Shown here piece by piece: positions 1 to 50,959 of a DNA stretch of 64,000 nucleotides. A program made the translations under genes and the position numbers. The first letter of the stretch is position 1. Each line of letters starts with the position of its first letter. The notes beneath the pieces were generated by a model. That model searched no databases. It saw only the letters and a program-made list of their open reading frames with translations, and was not told the origin of the DNA. Source of the DNA: Camelus dromedarius (Eukaryota). The DNA lies in contig NC_087453.1 in assembly GCF_036321535.1 (NCBI RefSeq), forward strand, positions 186,001 to 250,000, given 5' to 3'.

Positions 1-1125
1 GGACACTGTGTGTGTTGGGGGGGGGGTGTTGTGCTGAGAACAACTTAGAAGTGAGATGGGGGTGGGGGACACTGGGTTCTGAGAGCTCAGGCCACAGGCC
101 TCCAGCCCCCACACCCAGGGCAGACCAGGGTTACAAATCAGGAGGGGCTGCCTGAGAGGGAAGCTCAGCCAGGCAAGGGGAGGCGGGAGGCAGGAGGCTG
201 CGCCAGGTCAGGGAGCCTGGACCCGTGTGTGCACGCACACAAGCACACACACCTGCACACACCTGCACGTACACGCCGCATACACACTCACTCACATCCA
301 CATTCTAGGGCAGCTCTGGCAGGAGCCCCCAGGAAGGAACAGTGGGGCCAGGGTGCAGGAGTATCTTGTCCACTCATGTGTCTGCAGCCCAGGACTCAGA
401 TGGGGATTGTCCACCCATAACTCTGAGGCCCCACCCCTCCCCACAGCTGCCCCAAAACTGTGGCTGGTTTGCACCTGCTTCAGGCATGGGTGGATGGAGG
501 GGCGGCCCTGGAAGCCACATCCAGATGCTGTTAGGAGAGGCATGCTCTTCCCCCCAGGCCCTCGGGCTAGGGCAGGCCCAAGTGCCAGGAGCTAGTCCCT
601 GCACCCAGGCCTGTGGACTCTTACTGACCTTCCCCAGGCCCAGCTCAGCTGTGCCATGCCTTGTGCCCCAACCAGAGTGGGCCTTTTACCTCCTAGCTGG
701 ACACCTGACTGCACCCCAAGGCTTGCCTGGCGGGAGCCCAGCGAGGGGAGTAGCCCATCAGGCATGGGCCTGCTCCCCTCACCACACTCATCAGGGTTTC
801 CCAAGTGGAGTCTGAGGCCAGGACCTTAGGGCTGGCTGGACCTCCCCTCACCCCTTCGTGTCCAGGCCCACCTCCTTCAGCCCCACCTCACCACACAGGC
901 CCCCTGCACACGCCACCTCCACGCACAGTGCAGGGACAGGGATCTGACTCAACCCTGCCTCTGACGTCCCTCCTCGGCTTAGACCCTGCTGGGCGGGCAC
1001 TGCCAAGCTCCCCCCTCACATGCTCGAGCCCCAGCTGGAGCCCCCACAGCGCGCCCTTCCCCACAGCCCACTGACCACACCAGGGAGTGTGCGGAGCACA
1101 AGTGCTGTGAGAATGCTCCGTGCGG

Positions 1126-1163
1126 GTGTGTGTGTGTGTGTGTGTGTGTACGTACGTACGTAC
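1126..1163. repeat. Compound microsatellite (GT)12 followed by (ACGT)n
   Basis: gtgt...gt acgtacgtacgtac read directly. Confidence 0.95.
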
Positions 1164-2350
1164 CACAGGCGTCACCCTCACATTCAGAGAGCATGGCCCC
1201 CTAGGTGAGCTGTACCTCGTGGCCTGGGAGCCTATAAGGTCACTGAATCACACTGAGGACCCCATTTTGTGCCCAGGGCACATGTGCGGTGTAGCGCTGC
1301 TGGGGCCTGGCTCTCATCCCAGCTCTTAGCTTTCTGGCTGTCCTGTGACCTCCCAGAGCCTCAGCTCCCTGGTCTGTAGAACAGTCATGCCTGCTGCACA
1401 GACTGCGTATGTTGACACACAGAGCAGGGCTGGGTCGGGGCAGTTGTGCCAGCTCCATCAGGAAGACCTTTCTGCACCTCCTGCCTGCCTTCGTTCTGCG
1501 GGGTAGCCCAGAGGGAAGGCCTGCTTGAGTGCCTCCGGGGTACGTCCACCTGTCAAGGAGAAGAGTGATGACAGGTGTTGTGTCCACCAGGCCCTCCACC
1601 TTTGGCCAGGTGCTCTGCTTGCTCAACTGTCTCCTCTCCTCCAGAGGCTTTCATTACAGGGGGGCCATCCCTCCAGGCCTATGCAGCTGCACGTGGGGGA
1701 GTCCAGGGATTAGCGACCCCCAACCCCGCCAAGCAAACATTGGGTCCCAGGACACAAGCCAGTGTGTCCCTGGCCAGCCTGTCCAGTCCCACAGAGGGGG
1801 CTGCCGCCACCCTTCCCGGGGCTGCAGGAAACGGCCTGGCCCAGCTTCCCTTCAGGCCCATTTCCTTTATCCGGTTGTTTTGCTCTGAATGCACAAAGCT
1901 CAGCCTTCCCCTCCCCTCCATTTCCACCCCTTCCCCCATTCCAGAGTGGAGCAGGCCGGATATGCCACATTTTAGGGCGGCAGGAGTCCCCGGGTGGCGG
2001 GAACCCCCCCTCCACCAAGCCTGAGGCGTGGACTGAGCAGGAGTCGCGTCCAGGGTCCCGAGCTGCCCCCTGCTGCCTGAGCCTGGGAGCACTGTCCCCG
2101 CTCCCGCCCCTGCCCAGGTGTGGAGGAAAAGTGTCTCCTCAGGCCCCCGCCACGTGTGTCGGTGGCTCCAGGGCCCGCTCCCCACCAAGGTGCAGATCTG
2201 GGGCGGCCCAGCCCCGCCTGGCCCCACAGGAGCAGGTGAAGAAAGGGAAGACCAGACCGCAGCACCAGCTCAATTTATCGGAGCCTCCTTGGGGCGAGGG
2301 GGGCGGGCCCTTCTGGGACCAGCATGGCCAGGTGGGATCGGGTCTCCTGG

Positions 2351-2563
2351 TCATGGGCTCTGTGGGGAGCACAGGCTTCGATGCGTTGGTTGTGCCCCCG
2401 TCAGGCTCGTTCTCAGCCTCGCTCGTTCTTCACCCTGCTGCGTGGCCGCTGCACGCAGTGCGAAGAGCTTCTCCCAGCAGGTGGCGATGGCGTCCAGGGC
2501 GTGTAGCAGGAGCCACCTCCGGCCGCCTCGACGCCGGGAAGGGCGCGTCTGAGGCCGCCAGCT
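2351..2563 (-). CDS. C20orf204: C20orf204 last coding exon (70 aa + TGA)
   Basis: acaacag|AGC TGG; SWRPQTRPSRRRGGRRWLLLHALDAIATCWEKLF...SP*. Confidence 0.85.
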   Translation of the reverse strand, partial: SWRPQTRPSRRRGGRRWLLLHALDAIATCWEKLFALRAAATQQGEERARLRTSLTGAQPTHRSLCSPQSP

Positions 2564-4599
2564 CTGTTGTCGGAGACGCGTCGGTCAGGGAGTGGGCAGG
2601 GTCCCCAGGCCCACCCGCCCTCTAGTCCAGCCCTTGGGGGAGTCGCAGCACGGTGTGGGCCCGACTCACGCCCCCAGGCTGTGAGGCCATGGGGCTGCGG
2701 GAGCGAATGGGATGGGGGTCTCGGGGACGCGCACCTGGCGCAGCGTCCAGCAGTAGCGCTGCATCACCGCCTCGGTGCGCATGGCCACAGTCCATGCCAC
2801 TTTCTCCAGTGCCCGACGGCGGCCCCGGGCCACCGCCCCACGTAGGGTCCGACCCAGGGACAGGATGGACAGTAGGATGCTGTGCTCCTGGGAGGGGAGG
2901 AAATAAGCAACTGGAGGACGAGCCCTGTGAAGGGGCCTCAGGGGGACGGAGGGCTTGGGTGGGGGTGTCTCCATACCTTCTGGGCCCCACAGGAGGCTCC
3001 CACCCGGCCCCGCCGTCGGGAGGCCGCAGCTCCAGTCAGGTTTCTCTGAACGAAATGGAGGTGTCTGGAGCCCAGCCCCGTCCCTTCGGCCCCTGGCCCC
3101 ACCCACCTCGCTGCGGCCTGCAGGTCTTGGAAGATGACCGCCCGGTAGTGGCGGAGCACGTCGGGGACACTGCAGGTGCGGAGCCCGGCCCGGCCCTGTG
3201 TGGTCCCCAGCAGCACCAGCAGGAGTGCCCAGAGTGCAGGCTTGGGGGGCCCCTGCAAGGGACACCGGGTCAGGGTGGGGCACCCAGGCCTGTGGAAGGG
3301 GGCTTCCCTCCTGCAACACCCCAGGCAATGTGCTTTGGCCACCCCACCCCGACCACCCCAGAACAATCTGTGAGCTGGTATGGAGATATCACCATGCCAT
3401 GCAGCAAATGCTCTGGGTGTGGGTCTGGGTCTGGCAGGTTTAGGGAAGGATGGACAATGTCTGCACGCTGGACAGCTCAACTCATGCAGAGATCGCAGGG
3501 TGAATGCTGGGGGTCAGGAAAGAGACAGGCTTCCCAGGGCAGGAGCACCTGGACCTCTGGTCTGCACAGGTGTGAGGGCTCTAGTGCCCACAGGCCTGTG
3601 GAGGGCAGGGCTGGCTAGGTCTGGGGTAGCCATAGCAGTAAGTACCCTCAGCACAGCCTCGCCCCGGCCATGCCCTGACCCACCCCCACCGGAGCTGGGC
3701 CCTGAGCACCCTAATCCCCAGCACACTGCGGGGCCTTGGGTGCCCTGGGCAGTGGCTGCACGGCTGTTGCTCTGCCTTCGCTGCAGGAGAGCAGAACAGA
3801 CCTGCTCCCTTCTACCGCTGGGCAGCACCCCCAACCCAACCAGGACAGGGGTGAGGGCTCAGAGCTCAAGGCCACACCCCTTCAGAAGGGGAAGGCCTGG
3901 GGAAAGCCCGAGGCTAAGGGCGGAAGGGGCCATGTTACGCCTCACCAAACATTCCACTTGCAGACCTCCCCTCCCCCAGAATGGAGGGAACTGGCTCTCT
4001 GGGAAGAGACCCACCCTCAGCACAAGCCCAAACATCAAAGAGAAAGAGCCACGTGTCCCCGGCTCCCAGCACCCAGGCTGGACTCCACAGTGACCAGAAC
4101 ATTAATCATGTGAACCCAGTGAGACTCAGGACTCAGGCAAGGACTCGACTCTGCTTCCCAGCCCTGGCTGGGGAGCCTGACCTCACAGGACGAGAGCTGG
4201 GAGTCCGCGGGGGGGCTTCTGCCTGAGGCACCCAGAAGAGCAGATGCAATTGGCTGTGGCCAGGTCTTGAAACCCACGCACCCCCGCCCTGAGTCGCCCC
4301 TCTGCCTGCTGAGGGTCAGAGGTCACAGTGAGGACAAGAGCTGGAGATGCTGGAGGTGCTGTCCAAGTGGGGCAGCCTGGTTGACCAGGGAGTCCTGGGG
4401 AGGCCTGTCTGGCACCAGGAGGGAGTCTTCTCAACAGTGGTGGGAAGGCCAGGCAGGGGCCCCCAGGGCCCCCAGGGCCAGGCTTCAGTGACAGCAACCC
4501 AGGGGGATTTCCCAGTGGGGCGCCTCTCCCAGCCACACAGGCTCCCTGCCCCTTGGCCGGAGTAAGCCCCCTCCCCAGTAGCCCGCAGCTGCTCACCAT
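2351..4599 (-). CDS. C20orf204: C20orf204 (LINC00176) orthologue, predicted secreted protein, 214 aa; exons 4597-4599, 2977-3252, 2735-2887, 2351-2563
   Basis: Spliced translation MGPPKPALWALLLVLLGTTQGRAGLRTCSVPDVLRHYRAVIFQDL...EHSILLSILSLGRTLRG...ALDAIATCWEKLFAL matches recalled human C20orf204. All junctions GT-AG, phase 0. Syntenic position downstream of PRPF6. The ATG exon is inferred. Confidence 0.88.
2735..2887 (-). CDS. C20orf204: C20orf204 coding exon (51 aa)
   Basis: cag|GAG CAC ... CGC CAG|gtgcgc; EHSILL...YCWTLRQ. Confidence 0.9.
2977..3252 (-). CDS. C20orf204: C20orf204 coding exon (92 aa, includes signal peptide)
   Basis: ttgcag|GGG CCC CCC AAG ... CAG AAG|gtatgg. Confidence 0.9.
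4597..4599 (-). CDS. C20orf204: Putative C20orf204 start codon as the last 3 nt of an upstream exon
   Basis: ggcccATG|gtgagc is a strong donor directly after ATG; splicing to 3252 gives MGPPKP (recalled human MVPPKP). Confidence 0.55.
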
Positions 4600-5160
4600 G
4601 GGCCTCTCAGGGTCAGGCTCTCCCTCACTCCCACCACAGGGCCTCGCACATGACCTGGGGTCCTCAGGTGGGGAGTGTAGCTGCCACTCCAGGTCCTGCT
4701 CCAAGCCGGGCCACCAGGGCTCCCTGGCGGGCTACAAGCGTGCAGATGGGCGGCAGGCAGACAAGGCTTTTGAAGTTGGCTCCTCTGAGCAAAGAAGGGA
4801 GGGAGCAGAGGGAGGCCCCAGGATCCCAGCCCTGCCCCCAACGTCTCCCCACCCCATATCCAATCGCTTCTTCAATTAACCTGACCCTGGAGCCCAGCCC
4901 CACTGGGCTGTCTTCCCACCCAGTGGCTCTTGGATTAAGCCATCAGACCCGGGATATCTGCTCTGCCCAGGGGGGAGGAGGGGGAGCGTGTTGGGTGAGC
5001 AGAGGGCAGTGCAGGGCCCCGCTGCTGGGGGAGGGGAGGAGAGGCAGGGGCCTTCCTCAGTGGTCAGCAGGTGCTGTCTCTTCCAGGAACCTGGCCTCAG
5101 GCAGAACCAGGTGAGCAGGACTTAACCCCCCAACCTCAGCTCCCTCCCCTGCCATGGGGC

Positions 5161-5174
5161 GGGGGGGGGGGGGG
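5161..5174. repeat. G14 homopolymer
   Basis: Read directly. Confidence 0.95.
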
Positions 5175-6861
5175 TCCTGCCCCAGCAGGTCCCAGGCGTG
5201 GGACTTCCCAGGCTCCCCGCTGGCCCAGCACTGCAGAGGTGCCTCCTGCTACTCACCCCTGCAGGGACTAAGGGGTCTATCACTGGGGAGGTGGGCATGG
5301 CCACTGGCCCAAAAGGGCTTGCAGGGAGCCAACCCCCCAACCTCCCCACCCCAGGCCTCAGAGCAAGGAAGCCGAGGAACCTGCTCGCCTTGAGCTGGGA
5401 CTGGAAAGCAGCAGCCGAAGAAAAGCTAAGGGGTGTTTCCCAGGGAGAAGAGAGATGTAACCGCCACCTCAAGGTGCTGAGGGAAGCACCCCAGGCAAAG
5501 GAGAAAGGAGACGTTCCCTGGACAATCCAGATGCTCAGGAACTTCTCAGAGGCCCCACGGGTGGCCTCACCTGACTGGAGGTTGGAGGAAGTGCCCCCAG
5601 AAGCCACACCCGACTCAGGGCACAGCTGCCTTGTGGCCGCAGCCAAGTCACTGCCCCTTCCTAGGCCTCAGTTTCCACATCTGATAGGGACAGGCTGGCT
5701 TTCAAGCTTCTAAACTCTTCAGGGCTCACTCTTCAGTGTAAGGGGCGGGATCCCTCCCCCCACCACCAGAGATCAAAGGAAACTCCCAAGTTTCAGTGAA
5801 AACACCTAAGACCCTCCAGCATGGTTCCCCAGGACTGGCCTCTCTGGGTGAGGACAGGACGGACCCCCAGAGTCGGCCCATATGAGCGGGGCCCAGCCCA
5901 GGTCGCCTGCCTGGGCAACAGCAGTTCCTACCCCAACACAGGGCGGTCTGGTCCAGTCCTGGGCTGGCCTTGTCCTTGGGGCTGCCAGAACATCGGAGGT
6001 GGACCCAGCAGGGCCCTCACTCTCCGGACAGATGCCCACACCCCAGGTGCTGACGTGGAGGGGTATGCACCCCAACCTTGGCCGCCACGAGAGAGCTCAC
6101 CCCACCATGAGGCACCAAGGGGCCCCCCTGGGACCTTTCCTTATGAGAATGTGTGGGAACAACAGCCAGCTGGCCTTCTTGTTATCACACATGACAATCT
6201 ACGCCTCTTCTCCGTGGCCCACAGCCTCTGGACCACCTCTGACCTCTGGCCACATGTCTCCAACCATGGCCAACACAGCCCTTCCAAGAGAACTGGCTAT
6301 TTCCAACCAAACACACATGCAAGGATCCAGAGCCCAAGAAAGTCTCATCCTTACATGATGAAAACACACTCAAGGCTCCCAAGTAACGAATACACTTTCA
6401 GTCTAGAGAGAAGCAGTTACAAGTGCTTTAGGGTAAAACTGCTGATTATAAGTTAGCAAAAATGAATTCACCTGCAAATGGGAGAAACTCACTCCCCACA
6501 TACTCACGTCCTCAGTAGCACTGCGGGGAGCCAGGCCTGTCTGCTCTCAGTGAGGCTGCAAACCCCCCACATCTGCAGTCCTGTGATATGGGGCCCTCTG
6601 CCCGCCCTGGGGAGAGCACACACACGGGGGGAGGAGGGGACACGGACTGGAGTCGCCAGGAGGGCCAGCCACCTGCTGCCCCCAAGGCACGGCCTCTCCC
6701 CAGAACGTGACCCCAGCACCTTCTCCACAAAGCCTCAGTGAGGCTCCTTCTTCCCTTGGGCGTCCTCCGTGGGGCGCAGGCTGTCTGCAGGATGCCTCCT
6801 CGAAAGTGAGCCTGAGCCCTGCACAGCCCAGGCCACACTGGGGAGTGGCCAAAGCACACAC

Positions 6862-6875
6862 GGGGGGGGGGGGGG
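6862..6875. repeat. G14 homopolymer
   Basis: Read directly. Confidence 0.95.
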
Positions 6876-6929
6876 ATGGGACTCAGAGAAAACCAGCAGG
6901 TCACTCACCCCACAACTACCTAGAAAACC

Positions 6930-6935
6930 TTTAAT
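6930..6935 (-). terminator. PRPF6: PRPF6 polyadenylation signal ATTAAA
   Basis: ATTAAA on minus strand about 85 nt after the stop, followed by a GU-rich tract (ggtagttgtggggtgagtg). Confidence 0.75.
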
Positions 6936-7018
6936 TAAAGACCAGGATGGACCGCTCAGGGCCCCTCAGCCCCTGTTCCCCACCAGATTCCCCCCGTGTG
7001 CACCCCGAGGCCCTGCAG

Positions 7019-44400
<37,382 letters not shown>

Positions 44401-45754
44401 CCCTGCCCTTCAGAGTCGCCCTGGCTTGGGGCAGGGCCTAACACATCTGAGCGGGCTGCACACCTAGCCAGTGTGTAAGCTTGTGCGGTGTGTATTGCGG
44501 TGATTGCGGTGCCCCCATGTGCAGACTGCTGCCTTGGCTCTTCGCACTCAGATTTCTGGGCTCGGTCCTGGCGCTGGTACCTATACAAGCCCCACTCACA
44601 CCCCCACCATACCCTGAACATCCCGGTGATTCTGGTGGTTCCGATGACGGTGGGAACCCAGACCCTAAGCAGCTAATTGATGAAAATAAATAAATGCAAC
44701 AGAGTAAGTCAGTGTGTGGGCATAGGCGGTCACAGCATGTGGGTGGATTCAGTGCAAATCTACCTGAGTGTGTTGGTGGGCACTGGTGCAAGTCAGATCA
44801 TCTGTGTTCATGTTTTAGGTGGATACGCAAGACTGTCCTATGCATGCATGTCTGCCTGTCCGTGTGCACCTTTGCTGGGGTGGGTGTAGGACATCCTCTG
44901 GCCCCCACATACACCTGGGGAGAGCCTTCGGTCTCTTTGGCAGAGCAGGCAAAAAGCTAGTCACAAGTCTGGTCTTCTGCTGGACCAGGTAGCCCCCAGC
45001 CCACCCAAACACTTCTCACAGGGGTCATGAACCAGACACATCCCTCCTGTCTGCTGCGGCCTCCTCCGAGTTTCTCTCTCCTCCCTTTTCCCAGCTGAGC
45101 CCCTTGGAGTGACACCGTGGGCACTGAGTCAGATTCTGGGGCTACAGAGGGAAAGAGAGAGACCCCAGCTGCCCTCCTGACCTTCATAGTGTGGTGGGGG
45201 GCAAGAGAGGGTCAAACTGGCTTCTCTAGGAAAGTGAGTGGCTATTTGAAGGAGAGCCCTCCGGAGAGGCCCAGAGAATGCACGAATAAAGGAATAAGTA
45301 AGTAAACCGACGTGGGAGAATGGAGGGACATGGGGGTGGAGGGGTCTGGGCCCTCGACCTGGGTCCCAGTGGGCAGAGGGTCCCAGAAGCAGGTAGGATA
45401 CCCCCCCACCCTCCACACACACAGGGAACTAATGCACCCCTACGTCCCTGCCTCAGATCCTTCAGAGCCTGGACCCCTTGTAGGTGCACAGTCCCATGCC
45501 TGGGTGCGCACGGATGCCCCTCGCCGCGGCAGACACCCTCCGCGTACGCAGGTCCGCGCGCCGCCGACAAAACTCGGAGCTCCCGGAGCGCGCCCCGCTC
45601 TCAAGCTCAGCGGCAGGTGCCTCGCCGCGCAGACTCGCCGGGCGCGGGGCCGGTTGGGGCGGGGCGGCGGCGCGCGTTCCCCGCTGGCCGCACGGGCCGC
45701 CCTGCGCCCGGCGAGGGGCGTGTGCACGGGCTGGGCTGGGGACCCGCGGGCCCC

Positions 45755-48984
<3,230 letters not shown>

Positions 48985-50345
48985 CTGCTGCTTGAGGCTT
49001 GAACCCCAGACCTCAGCACTGTGACCGGAGCCCCTGACAAGGACGAGGCAGAGCTGGCTGCGCAGCCCTTCTGGGACCCTGCAGGAGGCCCCAGGGGCTG
49101 AGGCCAGTCCCGTGGACAGGTGGGACCAGAATTGCCACCTCCAGCCACCTCTGGTTGTGCATTCTGGGCTGTGCCTGGGATTGGGCGGGCAGGGGCTGCT
49201 TGAGTGTGGCCCTTCGTCCTAGGACCTGAGCCCAGGCCCACCCCCTGGTGCTGCTGGCAGCATGCAGGACAGCCACCTGGAGCCAGAGAGGGTTTGGACG
49301 TCCCCTAGACTCCCAGGGAGCCTGCTTATTTATGTTCCCTTCACCCCGTTAATGTCTGTCCTCCATCGCCTGCTAAGTCACATGTCCTTTAGGCATCCTG
49401 CTCTCTCCCAGGGCTGGAGGTCTGCCCCCTGTTTAGGCCCTCCCCAAGCACCCAGAGGACTGCCTGCACAGGTGGGACAAACTGCCAAGGCTCCCTTTGG
49501 TGTGTGCCCTCCCCTTCCCCGGCCCAGAGGATGGGCATCAGTGTTGGCCTGGCAGGGCAGCGGGCCAAGTGCTTTCACTCATTTATTCTCATAAATTCTC
49601 ACCACACTCTCGGCTACCTGCGGGAACTGGGACACGCACCCGAGACCCGAGTGGCACAGTGAGGACCCCACACCCCATACCCAGCACTGGGCTCAGCCGT
49701 GTCCTGGCCTTTGGTTTGGAAACATCCCTCTCCTCCCAGGGTCACGGAGATCACCTTTGAGGCATAGTCATGGGTGGGCATTCCCACTGTCCCTTTCCCA
49801 GGAAATCCCGGGTCCACACAAGAACTGTCCTGATGGCTGCATCCCATGCCCCACCCACTGGAGACCCAGCCAGCATCTGAGCAACTGCCCTGTGGGCCAG
49901 AAAGTCCCAGGTCTGGGGCTAGCTGGCGTTGCCCAGCAGAGGGATAGCAAGAGTGGTCCTGGCACCCCCACCCTCTTGCTCCTCTGCCCACTTACTCCCC
50001 TAGGGGACTCTGAAAATCTCAGGGACAGATGAGGCTGAGCCTCTAGCCCCTTCTCTGTGCTCTGAGTTGGCCTCAGGATGGGAGGCTGGGTGTGTAGGTC
50101 CCAAGTGGAATTCGAACAACTCGCCTGGTGCCTCCCATCCCTTGTGTCCCCCACGGGAAGCTCCTTATACTGTCTGGCTGCCCCAAGTGCCCCTGGCCAC
50201 CTCCTGCCATCAGGACAGCTCCCTTTCCGGGAGCCCTTTCCCTTCCCTCCTTCCCCCTCCTTGTCTTGTCCCTTTGGCCCCACCATGCTTGTCTTGTCTT
50301 CCTTGTTCTGTGCTAACTTTTTTACATTCTGACAAAAAGACCAGA

Positions 50346-50351
50346 AATAAA
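50346..50351 (+). terminator. SAMD10: SAMD10 polyadenylation signal AATAAA
   Basis: First AATAAA noticed after the stop (about 1.36 kb), with a U-rich upstream tract. Confidence 0.7.
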
Positions 50352-50571
50352 CCCGGTTCTCAAGCGACCTAAGTGTGGTGTCCCGCTCTGGCCAACCAGG
50401 CATGTGGGGTAGGGAGTCAGGGACCAGCTGTCTCCAGCTGTGGCCACCAGGGGGCAGTGGTGTTCCATCCTGGCGGGGTGCCTGTTTACGCCCGGACCTG
50501 CCAGGCTAGCTGGCAAAGGCTAAGAAGGAGGGCTCAGCCCTGTGGACCGCACCCAGACGCTCGGACACAGG

Positions 50572-50948
50572 TGTGTTAGGTTCCTGGGGCTGCTGTAACC
50601 AATGACCACAACTGGGAGGCTTAACACACCAGAAATGGACTTCCTCACTGTTCCTCAGGCCGCACGCCTGAAATTCAGCGGCACAGCACTCCCGCCGGGG
50701 CTCAGGGGAAAACACTTCCTTACCTATCCCGGGTTCTCCCATCACTCCACCCTGGATTCCGTGGTATCATCACCCTCCTACAAGGACACTTGTCACTGGG
50801 CCTACCTAGATAACCCAGAATGATCTCTTCATCTCTAGATCCTTAACTTCATTATGTCTTCAAAAGCCCTTTTCCAGATAAAGTCCATTCACAGGTTTCA
50901 GAGATCTGAAGTAGCTATCTCCTGGGGTCCTCATTTAGCACCCCAACA
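50572..50948 (-). mobile_element. ERVL-MaLR solo LTR (MLT1-type)
   Basis: tgtgttagggttcctggggctgctgtaaccaatgaccacaactgggaggcttaa...agatccttaacttc...caaca matches the recalled reversed MLT1 consensus; TG...CA ends. Confidence 0.8.
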
Positions 50949-50959
50949 GGGCAATGCAC

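Larger units (their letters stand above)
2400..3300. promoter_or_regulatory. Intragenic CpG-rich island over C20orf204 coding exons
   Basis: Visibly high CpG density; boundaries approximate. Confidence 0.5.
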
